Shown here piece after piece: positions 52,212-63,826 of a stretch of DNA of 64,000 nucleotides (position 1 is the first letter of the stretch; each line of letters opens with the position of its first letter). Where the stretch lies: NCBI GenBank assembly GCA_965203295.1, contig CBDBCZ010000017.1:1632001-1696000 (forward strand), in the 5' to 3' direction. The notes beneath the pieces are model-generated. The model was not told where the DNA came from. It saw nothing but the letters and a program-made list of their open reading frames with translations, and searched no databases. Both the position numbers and the translations under genes were made by a program. Source of the DNA: Nitrospirales bacterium. Its GTDB lineage: Bacteria; Nitrospirota; Nitrospiria; Nitrospirales; UBA8639.

Positions 52212-53988
52212 TCTGTGCTTTTTGTAATGCTTGTTAGAACCAGTAATAAATAATTCATAGTATAACATTAAATACAAGTTATAATTATACCAGTTGATGA
52301 AATAAGTTGTTACATGACAGGCACTCCATCCCTAAAGGTTCTTCTTAAATTTTTCTGTTTGTAGATTATTTTTGGTTGTCATAGTATAGATCAGGGTTTT
52401 ATACAGGAATTTTTCTTTGTGGGAGGGCAAGGGGCTTTTGTTTTGAACACCAGACATCATTCTAAGGAGATCTAGGGGCATCTCCCTCCCCCCAAAAAAA
52501 CCTCCACCTCTATTTGGAACTCTATCTTAAGATGCATAACGAGCCGACCGCACTGCCAAAGGTAAAGACAATAAATAGCAAGTAAGGAAAAGCAGTTCAT
52601 GGTACCTGAAAACGCAGACAGAAAGTTTCAGAGACAGAGGTAAATTTCGGCATGCTATCCTGGACACCCCAACTTGTGAATTTTTCTTAGCAATACAGGT
52701 AAGAGTAGCAATCTCACGGGCCGGACTCACTCGGGGGGAGGAGTGAGTCTGGACACTACGGACAGCATTCTGTGCCATGGAAGAATGTGATTATTCCAGA
52801 CTGGTCGCGTGTAAAGAATGCAGAATTAATAACTAATACTAACCGCACAGCAGCGATCAGCTTGCTATGACACTAGATCTAATGCCTCGACCACAATTTT
52901 CTGTTTGGGCTTTAGTTGTGAATAGCTGAACTTCTATCCAGCAGAAGAAATGCCATTTATTCTCATGTTGCAGTAATCACCTTTTAGTCTTGTAGTTGAC
53001 ATGGAAGCTCTCAGCCTCACTCCTCCCCCCAAGTGAGTCTAGACCATTAGAATGCTTCATACCCAGGCTTTCCTTGCCTAGAATTATTTGAGTGAGGTAC
53101 GGAGGCTTTCCTCACCCAGTGAAGATGTAGCCAGCCTAGCTCTAGGCATCCATACTCTATTTAACGCACATATACGTAGTTGGGCTAGCTGTCTTCATAC
53201 TGACACGAGTAAGTTCTTATAATAGCTACTCACCTTGGTAAAAAGGTGCACTCTAAGTAATTATTCCAGCCGCATGAATACGTTCACTGATCCATTTGCC
53301 GAAGAACAACACTCCAGTGAAACAAAGCACACGATGACGATCTCTGGTTGCCAAGCGCATGTCATGTGACATTCTCCGCGCATGCGTACAAATAATAAAA
53401 TGGCGTAAAACTGGACTGCAGAGCTCGAGAGAGCGCACTGTATATCACATTCGAGAATCAGTTTGATCGTTATGAAGATGATGTTGTCGTGGACCTGCGC
53501 GCTCGAAAATGAAGATTTTTCGTGCTACAATCACGGCAATCACTTGAACCAATTTTGAGCTAGCCTCGTTGAAGAAGAAGAATAATATTAAGAAGAAACC
53601 AGAATTAGAACGTGAACAAACTGGTAGTTCAGCCAGCTTCCAGTTTTCTACTTTAGCGAAGCTTTTTGGCAACTTTGTGAGGCTTGTTGGTTGCAGAAAC
53701 CCCCGAAAATGAAGGTTAGATCCCTATAAAAGCTTAAAGCTTATTTTTTGCAGAGATTTGGAAACATTGATTTTATATTGCGTATATGGAGTGTCCGTGC
53801 CATCCCTACATAGAGAGTCTACCGACTCTCTGATATAATGTGATACTATACCGGATGTGGGCGAATACGTAGACAAAGTGTTTCTCTAAGATGTATACAT
53901 ACATGTACATGCATTATTATAGAAACTGGATGTGGGTGAATAATAAAAACTGACAAAACTTCCTCAAGTTGTACACATACATGAAAGG

Positions 53989-55777
53989 TCAAATGTTCTT
54001 GTTCAAAAAGAGAAACATGTTCACATGTTTTGGCTTGAGCCTGTTCCTCCTGGCAGATACGAGTTCACCAGCTTTGGAAAACAGTCTTTCTGATGGGACT
54101 GATGTGCCAGGGATGCAGAGGTACTTCATCGCCAATTCCTGCAGGTGAGGGTATTGGGTACAATTTTGCTGCCACCACAAGAGTGGGTCTTCCTTCCTCC
54201 CAGTGTTCTTCTGCTGCACATACTGGCGGATCTCCACCATGGAATTCGAAGCTGGTGTTCTTCTGGATGTCATCTCGGCAACCTGTCGATCAAAAGCATG
54301 CCACAATCCACCAGCATCCGTACCGTTTTCGCTACTCTCCGTTGATGCGTTCAACTCCTCTCTAATGTCCGTGTTCTCACTCCCTGTCATTTCAACTGTC
54401 AAGTGTCGTACACCCTGATCAGCAGCTCCTACATCAGCAAATGCCACCTTCTTCAACCGAGGGTCTAGCAAGGTGGAAGCTGCCAACATTGGATTAGATT
54501 CTATGTTAAGGAACCGCCGCCTCATCTGCCAACACAGTTCATCACCAAGCTTGGTGATAGTGGTGCTAGATCCAGCAGTTAGCTGTTGGAGAGACCTTGC
54601 AAGAGGTATCAGCTTGGATATTGGGAGGTATTGATCACCCGACATTTCCCTTGTTGCTGCTTCAAACGACTTGAGGAGGGTGACAGCATTCTTCATAGCT
54701 CCAACGTCCTCTGAGTCAAGGCAGAGACTATTCTTATTAAGCAGACACAATGTTGTCGTGACTGCCTCATGCTGCTCAATTAGCCTCTCAAACATGTAGA
54801 ACACAGAGTTCCACCGCGTCTCAACATCCTGTATCAGCTTATGGTTGTCGATTTTCAAGCGATTCTGGATTGAAACTAGCTTGTCGGTGGCCTTGCTGCT
54901 GCAATGAAAGTATGATACAATGTCACGACACTTCTTTTGGATTTCAGACAACTGTGGGTCGACTTTTAGGAATCCTCAACTACAAGGTTAAGTGTGTGGG
55001 CAAAGCATGGCATGTGCTTCCATCCATTTAATCTCACAGCTGCAACAATTTTACTCGCATTATCAGTGACCACACAGATTATCTTCTCCGTGATCTCCCA
55101 CTCAGTCGTGATGCTCATAAGCTCAGCTGCAAGATTTTCAGCTGTGTGCGCAGAATCAACTAACAGAGTGGCGAGTACAGCTGAGTGAAGTTCCCAACTG
55201 CTTGAGATGAAGTGGCAAGTGACGGTGATATACCCTTGAGTGGCTCGAGAAGTCCACAGGTCAGTAGTTAAAGCACAATACTTGGCCTCAGCAAGTTTAG
55301 CCTTGAGCTCTTGCCTGATTTTCTGATACTGGTCAGGAAGAAGGCTTCTCATGATGGTACAACGGCTTGGAGGCTCGTACTTTGGGTCAATTGTGTGCAG
55401 AAAATTTAGAAACCCCCTGTCTTCTACAATTGAGGCTGGTTGCAAGTCAATCGACAGCATCCTAACTAAAGCCTCATCAATTTTCTTGCGACGGGGTGAC
55501 TCTTTTCCGTAAAGCTGTGACCGCTCTAAGGCTGTTTTGAAGTAACCTGCCTTGGCTGCTTTGCTGGCGTCTGCTCCGCCTTCAGGCGTTTTTCCTCTTC
55601 CTGTTCTGCCTGAACTAGCTTAGCCTGCTCTTCGTGCTTACTCTTGAGATGCTTCAGCAGGTTTGATGTGTTACCGGAGGTCTTTACCGTCTCCCCACAA
55701 AGGGTGCATGTTGGGTTCACCCCTACCTCTTCACCGTCAAAATACGTCCAGACAGCGCTACTTTTCCGCTTACTCAT
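53989..55777 (-). pseudogene. hAT transposase (BED zinc finger + DDE RNase-H fold + hATC dimerisation domain), split by two apparent 1-nt frameshifts
   Basis: SAVWTYF..CTLC..SGNTSNLLKHLKSKH (BED); ALTTDLWTS, VVTDNA, CFAHTLNL; DVETRWNS; TSVPSERLFSKAG. Frames join near 55535 and 54965 to give ~596 aa. Confidence 0.9.
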
Positions 55778-57289
55778 GACTAAAGACGAACAATTTCGTA
55801 CTTGATGCCTACTGATCTACCGAACAGACTTAGCTAATAGATATTATACTCGATACAAAAAGCATGTGGTGACTCTGGTGGTGGGCTATGCATGCTAGAC
55901 ACGCGTCGCCGTTCATGGCACGTGATGTAAGGTATTGTATCGCTGTACCGCGATATAGTATTGAATATCGATACCGACGAAAACGACACCAGTATCGGAG
56001 TTATCAATAAATTAGTATCAGTATCGCCCACCACTAGAGGAAAGTAGAGCCTGGTACACGCTGTTCGTGCATGCGCAGGAATTTACGGAAAAGAGGTATC
56101 CGTGAATGACTTCAGCCCCGTGGTAAGAAGTAGTACGGAGCAGCATTAGGGTTAGGACTAGCTCATTCTGCCTTTCTTCAGCCACAGATAGCTTTACAAA
56201 CAGTTTAAAAATAGCAATAAGGCCTGTACCTTTCTATCCGCTGGGATTATGGTATCTTACCACAAAAATTCGGAAGTGCCCCTCCTTTTGGAAGTGGCTC
56301 GATTTTTGATAACAGATCTCATCTTCTAGGCCTTTCAGAAGTGAACGGGATCAAAGAATCAAAGTAGCAATCACTTTCTCGGTAGCTACTGGCTTAAAAA
56401 AATGCTCCCAGGTGCTTGTAACTCACCAACTACTCTAGTGCAATGGACTGTGACACGATGATTGACGGATGATATTTTGCTGTAGCACCTGCTAGTTTCC
56501 AAACCCCCAGAAATCCTGGGGGAACTGAGCATGCACAAACAGTGTCTATCAGGCTCAACTTCCCTCCCACGCAAAGAGCCTGGGCACGAGGCTACTGTGT
56601 GTGATGACAGTGTTTGAATTTTCTATACAGCTATAGCATACTTGTGGTTCTGCGGTGCTCATCAATGATATCTTCTTATATTTGTTGGGCTAGCTTTCAG
56701 TAATGTATTCCCGGCCTCACTCCAGCTACATCACTTTTACTGACAAAATCTGGGGTTCATTTTCTGAGCTTGGAAGCCACATGACGTTTCAGAAGGCCAG
56801 GAAATGAGGAGACCACATACCCATTCCTCATAGCCAGGCCTTCCCTCACAACTTTGTTAACTACCATGGAAGGAAGTGTGGGTAAGGCCTTCCATCACTG
56901 TTTTTTTTGCAGCTGTGGTAAACTGTGTGGGAAACTACTTGAGGTTATAAAAATTGTCATGTATACCCTGGCGATGTCACTTCATTCCTTCTCATCATAT
57001 CTAATGGTAGACATTTGCTTCCAGGCCTGGGTACGAGGCTACTACATACCCATTCCCACTGTGTTTGTGGACCACATACGCATTTCCACTGTGGACTGAA
57101 CATCAAGTTCACCTTTCTCCACAGCTGTATAAGGTAAAAGGCCTCGAGAGTAGCTTTCCTACTGTTCATGCGTAAGAACTCTACCATCAGAGGGAAAGTA
57201 TCATATATAGATGCTGGAACACTAAACTCTGACTAGTATAATGCATTCCCTCTATATACGTATGTGTAGGAGCCGTAAGCAATGTAATG

Positions 57290-57360
57290 GTATTCATGCA
57301 TCTGAATTGCTAAGAAGGAGATTTTTACAAACCCGCAAGTATTTTAGCAGTGCTGCTTTT
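57290..57360 (+). promoter_or_regulatory. Relic cassette #20 (upstream box + PSE-like box, TATA lost)
   Basis: TATTCATGCATCTGAATTGCTAA...ACCCGCAAGT 57331...GCAGTGCTGC. Confidence 0.35.
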
Positions 57361-59038
57361 GCAGTGCTCACAATCTAACAAGTAGATAAAATTGCTGTAC
57401 TTTTTTCTACACCCTACATGGTTTGATGTTAGGTTCTCAAAAGTGGAAAGCAAATACTTACATACCTCTGCCACTATGGCATAGGTGCTAATTTTATTAG
57501 TAACTTGACCAAAAAGTGCAATATCCATTCATGTAGGGATGCACTTCCACAAAAACAAAGGGACAAGTTGTAACTCCCACTGCAATGGGTTCACAGACTA
57601 CCTACACATCACAGCCCAATTAATGCATTACAGAGTAGCTGCAAATCACAGCACAGTGTGTTTACAGAGACCAACCTGGGTAAGGAGATGTAGGGAGGAT
57701 CTTCTCCGTAAACGCACTGCCGTAGGGCGTGACTGATCACCGCAGTAGAGGCACAGATGCCTCACTATGTATACTCCACTATGAACACATGTCAAGAGAC
57801 CGCGTGTGCCTGGCCTCTGCCTTTTTGGAGTTCTTGAAATGGCACACCTTACCGATATTGAATAAGTTAGAGCTGAACATGCGGAGGCTAGAACCGCTTT
57901 GGTGACTATATGTTCAGGCGATTTTTGGTTACCTCCAGCTTTATAGCCTCTAAATCACACATTTTGTAATGATAGTTGGATAACAACAACAGATTGCTTA
58001 ACCCCATTCACCCATTTGCAGTGTGGGATAACAAAAAGTTGGAGAGAGAGGGTCTAGCAGAACTTGCACAAAATTGGTTTTTAACTGGCCAATCAGCTTG
58101 CACTGTAAAAATTCTGTTAATTGACGGTTTCATAAGTCATGCAATCTACTTTCACAGACACTGGGGTCCAGGGGTAGTGGGCACACTAATAAGATCTCAA
58201 GGGTTGCTTGCTAACTCTCTTATAGATCGTATTGGCTACCCGGACATGGTTTGTAGCATGGAAAGTAGACTGATAGTACGTATGTGTGTACTCTAGCTAC
58301 CCCCCCCCCCCCCTCCCACTGTATAACTGCTATACATTCGTGAATTCACAGCTAAGGCCTTCTATCCAGTTTTTACCAGCCGGAGCGCGTGCGAACAGCT
58401 GGTACTAATATTGCTTTACGTTTTCCGCATCTGTCTGTTTGTTTGTTTGTTTGTTTGTGCGTCCGCACTTATCACGTGCGCAATGTATTACGTCATACGT
58501 TACTATGCAACTGCAGTGTATAGCTTTTGGAGGTTTGCAGGCTAAGCTACAGCAAATGAAGGTAGTTGTGTGTTGCCTAGATGGCAAAAACTCAATAGGC
58601 AGCCATAAAGATCCCGTTTTCGTTGCGTAAAGCTATTAACTGGAGGCGCACGACGAAACTGCTGAGTCAGCACTTTCGCTGTTCTGCGTTCTAGCTTGCA
58701 GTTAGCGCTCCCAGTTGGCTTGGCCGAAGCTGAGTTGTGTGTGTTGTACGGGAGAAAGGTGCCCAGCTGGTTTTTAGACATGAAATGTCATACTTGTTTC
58801 TCAACAGCTACATGTAGTGTGAGTTGAAAGGCCTCAGTGTGAGTATATATCACCTTTATGTCATTCATTGAAGTTTCCATAGTAATTACAGCAGGCTTAT
58901 ATATGTTAGCAGTGTAAGATCATGTTTACATGTGATTCTCAAAACTTTATGCTGACCAAAACAGGAACTAGTATTTGGACCAGAGGAGCAGCTAATGATA
59001 TTCATGCACCTTAATCGCTAATATTGAGAGTTTCACAA

Positions 59039-59149
59039 ACCCACAAGTGTTTCAAGCAAGTGCTGAGTATATAAGGAGGGAACCTGGGTCTGGGTTCCTT
59101 GGCATTTATCTCAGTTTTGCAATTTTTGGGGGGCCTAATTAAAGGGCCT
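59039..59149 (+). ncRNA. Putative Sm-class small RNA gene cassette #21 (subfamily A)
   Basis: TATTCATGCACCTTAATCGCTAAT upstream; ACCCACAAGT 59039; TATATAAGGAG 59068; AATTTTTGG 59121-59129; GGGCCT-AATTAAA-GGGCCT. Confidence 0.6.
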
Positions 59150-59227
59150 ACAGCTCACAGAAATTTGAATATACTTATTGTTCCAGTGCAGATCACAGGA
59201 GCACACAGTGCCACAGGGTGTGTGTAA

Positions 59228-59789
59228 CCGTATCCACTCTAATTAAGGCGCCTCTCTAATAAACCCGCCCTTTCAAAGAGAAAACATTTTTTTTCGCTCA
59301 AAGTAAGGCGAGAATGAAGCAGCTACTGCCCCCGGTAATTATTTTTAGGGGGCGCGTTCTAATTAGAGCGAAATTTTGACGTTCGTAATATCCATTAATT
59401 GCTGTCAGTGGCAGAGTGTTGAAATATTTTTGGGAACATGCCCCACAGTCCCAAGCTCATGAGCGACAACTGCAACAGCGTAACTGTCATGTTCGTTCTC
59501 CGTTTCCACCACTGTTACAGTAGTGAGTATACACCTCACCAACCTCTGGAGTCCAGATGCGTAGGAATTCATATCCTCGAACTCCAACTCAGTAGTCGCC
59601 AAGGAAGCCAATCTCGCAGTAGCTGCTTCATTCTCGTATCGTGGTGGCTTTAAACCGTTGGGCTGACAGAATTGATCGATATTAATGAACGTCAAAACTT
59701 CGCTCTAATTAGAAGGTGCCTCTCTAAATAAGGCGCCCCTTGAGGGTCATAATTAATTTATAAGGGCACCTTAATTAGAGCGGATACAG
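59228..59789. mobile_element. Tc1/pogo-type MITE carrying a HIRAN-like coding fragment
   Basis: TIRs CCGTATCCACTCTAATTAAGG / CCTTAATTAGAGCGGATACAG; minus-strand peptide ETENEHDSYAVAV..VGHVPKNIS. Confidence 0.65.
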
Positions 59790-60784
59790 TTTTGCCATAT
59801 CATGCTATATCAGCTGTTTTCAAATACTGATTAAAAAAAAACAGCCTTGGTGTGCAGCAAGCCACCCATGGTAAAAGCACTATATGTTTTGTATCATTGT
59901 ACTAAAGACAGATCCAACCCACTGATGCCATTGACTCTAATGGTGATGTTATCTAACCTTGGCGGTGTATACTAGGTGAATGCAGGGCATTGTGGGGAGA
60001 GCATGAGCAAGCTTGATTGGAGCTAGCAAGTGAGATTGCACGAGCTAGCTACGTTTTGTAAAGACTGAGCGACTTTGGTATGTTATATCGAAACATCCCC
60101 TAGCACTAGCAGTATGAGTACATCAGTCCTGTCCGAGCCCAGGACTCCTGATTTGGAGGAGTTCTACTCTATAGCTCTGCTGACTGCAGCTGTCCTGAAT
60201 CAGATATTATAACAATATTCCAGGAGAGGTCTGAGGCGTCAGTGGCCCCTCCTCTTCCTCCTCCTCCCTGAGGACCCAGCAACAGCCTGCTGGAGCAGCA
60301 CATACCCCACCCATCACAGAGCATGTACTGGTTGTCTGGCTGTTGGGGGCCTTGCTTTACATTTCTCAGGGGGGGGGGGGGGCCTTGCTTTACCTTTCTC
60401 AGGGGGGCCATTGTTTTTAATGAAACTCAGTTTAATTGCCTTTATAGGAGAGATCCATATTCATTTCAGAGCGCTAGGTGCCCGTACATAGAGCCTTTGT
60501 TCCAGCCCCACCTGGCTACTCTTCAGTGAAAATGGTCAAATTGACAATGTCTGACATTACACCTTTAAGCTGAGTCGCTATACTATCCTAGTGAATTCAC
60601 ATTGGGCCTTGGCATATTATTGTAAACTGCATGGGGAAGGCCCTGCAAATGATGAAAGTGTAAGCTCACTATGACATTACCATCCACAATGGGGATCTTC
60701 CTAAAGTTACACTTTCATATTGTGTAGCAATAACAGCTCGGTAGTTTGCATAAATATTTGTAGCAAAATTCTTGTCATACTCTA

Positions 60785-61416
60785 CTAGGTATACGCAAGC
60801 GCACTATGCCTCGCTGACATCATCTTACCGCCGGGGCCCGCCGGGCTAGATACCGGGGCACTGTCCCCCGAATACACGTGGGGGCGACTATTTTCGCGAC
60901 TAAGCAAGTCGCAAGAATAACAGGCTAGCTGAAGCGGCTGCTGCTAGTAGCTATGTCAAAACGACTGGCATCCAGGCGAATGATATCTGTATCTACAGCA
61001 TTTTCCCAAGGACCAGCCTCAGCTGCCACCAGAGAGCGGACATGCTACGTAAAACTTGCTTTCTTATCGCTCGATCGTGCCGTCCGTCTCTAGCTTTCGT
61101 ACCTCTGCTTACAGAGCGGCTACACAAACTGTACTAACCTAGGAGCTGTAGTAAGCCTTACTTGATAAAACTGTGTAGTAGACTTGTCCAGATCTCTGCC
61201 TGCTTCTGCACCAAGAGTTTGAAGACGGCATCCGCTAAACTACACGAGACGCCATTTTGAACTCGTGGCTTGCCCCGGGGGCCGGGGAGCATGACACACA
61301 GATATATATACATACATACGTATATATATACATATATACATACATATATATATATAAACGCTAGCTGAGATTCTGAGCTCGTATGTCGCGATTATTGGCC
61401 TCGCTGCGCTCGGCAA
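60785..61416. mobile_element. HINE-like insertion with (TA/TACA)n microsatellite
   Basis: Absent at paralogous sites 10360/10912 and ~50590; terminal hairpin TTGGCCTCGCTGCGCTCGGCAA; microsatellite 61302-61355. Confidence 0.6.
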
Positions 61417-61477
61417 TTATGTCAGACTAGGTGTGTACTAGCTAACCTATCTTGAGATTTTGGGCCATTGTATACAT

Positions 61478-61611
61478 TGCAAACTTCTGTGAGAAGATAA
61501 GCTTTCTGAGAGAGTAAAGCAATCCCGAAAAATCGGGACCCAGCTGGGGATTGAACCCAGGACCTTCTAAATACTAGTCAGATGTTCTTAACCAATTGAG
61601 CTACAGGAGCC
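61478..61611 (-). mobile_element. tRNA-Thr(AGT)-derived SINE
   Basis: Minus strand GGCTCCTGTAGCTCAATTGG (A-box)...CTGACTAGTATTTAG...GGTTCAATCC (B-box); acceptor stem does not pair; shared tail. Confidence 0.75.
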
Positions 61612-61849
61612 CCTTGGCAGAGGAGCAGTAGGCAAGCTTTATATAGCCACTAAATCTGCTAGTAGCACTTGCCAGTAGGACCCAGCCAATTCCAACTGTA
61701 ATTACTCTTTCACTATAGGCCATCCCCCCATCTCCTAAACATGAGGAACGTGCTACACCCAGACTTAGTCTGTACATCTGGTGCCCTGAGAGTGAGCTAT
61801 AACCATAGTAACTGCATTCTGTGTGAATTAATGTATGTGTTTGTATCAA

Positions 61850-61965
61850 ACCCACAAGTGCCTTGCTCACAGTGGGGCTAGCTACAAAAGCATCTCTAAA
61901 GATGGGGTGAGGTAGTATTCCACACTTTACTGGATTTAATTTAGGGGCCCATATTGGTATGGGCT
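61850..61965 (+). pseudogene. Cassette #22 (subfamily B), degenerate TATA and Sm site
   Basis: ACCCACAAGT 61850; TACAAAAG 61883; GGGTGAGGT; AATTTAGG 61938; hairpin GGCCCATAT-TG-GTATGGGCT intact. Confidence 0.45.
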
Positions 61966-63724
61966 AATGTATTGGTGTATCATAGTACTGGTCTTATAGC
62001 CCAGGGACTGGACTCTCCATTCTTCATTCTGTACTAAGCGACTTCTATAGCCTCGTTCCCAGTCTCCTCTGCCGACATGCAGAAAGGCTGGCTGTGAAGA
62101 CTGGGAACGAGGCTACCACTGTTGTATGCGTAGCTTCTCTAAGAGTGGCAGGACATGCAATGTCACAGACCATTCTGGCTAAAGAAAAGCCAGTGGATGA
62201 ATACAATGTGTTAACACAAGCCTAGACTTCGATCCACGGTTCAAGAAGGATGCTAGGCTCTGACTTAGGTAGCTAGCGTTACAGGTAGGAATTAGAGGGT
62301 ACCATGTCGGCTGAAACAAACTGCTGCAGACCCCTAGTACTGGTACACTATGTCCCCAGGCCTCCCTCCAGCTTCGTCACTTCCACTGACAAAGGCTGGG
62401 GCTCACTGCCTTGGAAGACACAAAAGCTGGCAGAAGGCCTGGGAACGAGGCTAGAAGCATGGTTTGCCAGTTTTTGTGCCCTGTAACAAAAAATGAATTA
62501 GGTGATTTTTAAATGTCTAATTTGCCAGCTACAAGGACAGTTGAACCAACTGTAACAACTAGGAATTCACAATAGAATGCACACCAGAGCTACAGCCCCC
62601 ATAGGAGCCTGCAGAATCACATGTGTAGTGTAGTAGCCTCATTCCCAGTCCTTCCCACCCCAGCTTTTATCTCGCAGCCGTGGAGAGGGAAGGTCTGGTA
62701 CCACTTATCACATACCGTGATGTAGGATAGACACATTCCCATGCAATGGCACTTACATGCTTCACTTCACTCACACATGAGCAGCACAGGAGAATAAGAA
62801 TAATAGAGGGAGGGTCTAGCAGAGCTTGTACAAAATTGTACAAAAGTCTCAAAGGATGCTAAATCTCGTAGATCACATTGGCTAGATTACTACCCGATGT
62901 GGTTTGAAGTAGACCGATATAAGTGGCCTCTAGCCACACACCCACATATGGTATAACTGCCTTACATTCCTCAACTCATACCCAAGGCCTTCTTTTTCCG
63001 TGGCTACAGTATGAGGTGAAAGGCCTCAGTATGAGGTTCGCCTTAATACCGTTCATTGAGGATTCCCAGAGGAGGTTGGAAGTGATTACGTGTACATGTA
63101 CGTCAATAAATGCATAATGTCGTGTATAGTTAATAGCATTCCATTGAGAAGAATATGGAAGATACGCAAAGGTATGCGTTGTCTGGCCTGGAATGTTCTG
63201 TAGCTCTACAACCTTTGAGGGGACGAGTGGGGATGCCCCTTCAAAAAGCTTGGCTTGCAAGTACGTATGGAACTGTTCTGCTGAAGATTGGGCTTGAATA
63301 GAGTGGATTCTCAGTGAGCTTGCAAAATATTTATAAAGCTACGAATACGATAGTGGTTTAGCTACCACTCAGATTCTAGCTATTACTTGGAAAGCTGCTA
63401 AACTTGTACGAGATCAGAGATCACTCCTAGAGCAGCTATTATTGCTCCAATCTGCCCGAGACGTTTTATTGACATCATCAGAAAGCATAGCTAATTGGAT
63501 TCCACTATTAGTGTACATGACCGCTTCCGACCTCCTCTGGAGACATTAACTCAAGATCATGCTTACATGTGAATCTCTAAAGTTTATGCTGGCCAAAACC
63601 AGAACTAATAGTATTTGCACCAGAGCTGCTGTCTCACTGTACAGTGGGCCAGTGGCCATAATTATGGCGGTACAGCAGGTAATAGTATTCATACACTTTA
63701 ATTGCTAATATCGTGCGTTTAGAA

Positions 63725-63826
63725 ACCCACAAGTGTTTCAAGCAAGTGCTGCCTATATAAGGAGTGAACCAGCTGTTTGTCTTGTCCTTCATGTCCAATG
63801 ACATTATGCACAATTTTTGGGGGCCT
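63725..63826 (+). ncRNA. Cassette #23 (subfamily A; paralog of #11), 3' hairpin deleted
   Basis: ACCCACAAGT 63725; TATATAAGGAG 63754; AATTTTTGG 63812-63820; only one GGCCT arm remains compared with #11. Confidence 0.45.

Larger units (their letters stand above)
51321..56036 (-). mobile_element. hAT-superfamily DNA transposon (ZBED1/Ac-like)
   Basis: Imperfect 16-bp TIRs TAGTGATGGGCAATAC (51321) / GTATCGCCCACCACTA (ends 56036); subterminal GATAC/GTATC repeats; transposase inside; no matching 8-bp TSD. Confidence 0.8.

Noticed and set aside
61537..61611. Functional tRNA-Thr gene
   Set aside because: Acceptor stem does not pair and a non-tRNA tail is shared by three copies, so it is a SINE
293..63260. 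Most of the 60-190 aa ORFs in the supplied track
   Set aside because: No recognisable domains; many use non-ATG starts or are antisense to repeats, consistent with chance ORFs
2142..63826. CRISPR-like array (constant repeat + variable spacer)
   Set aside because: Eukaryotic context, units 0.4-7 kb apart, no cas genes; the constant parts look like promoter, Sm site and hairpin
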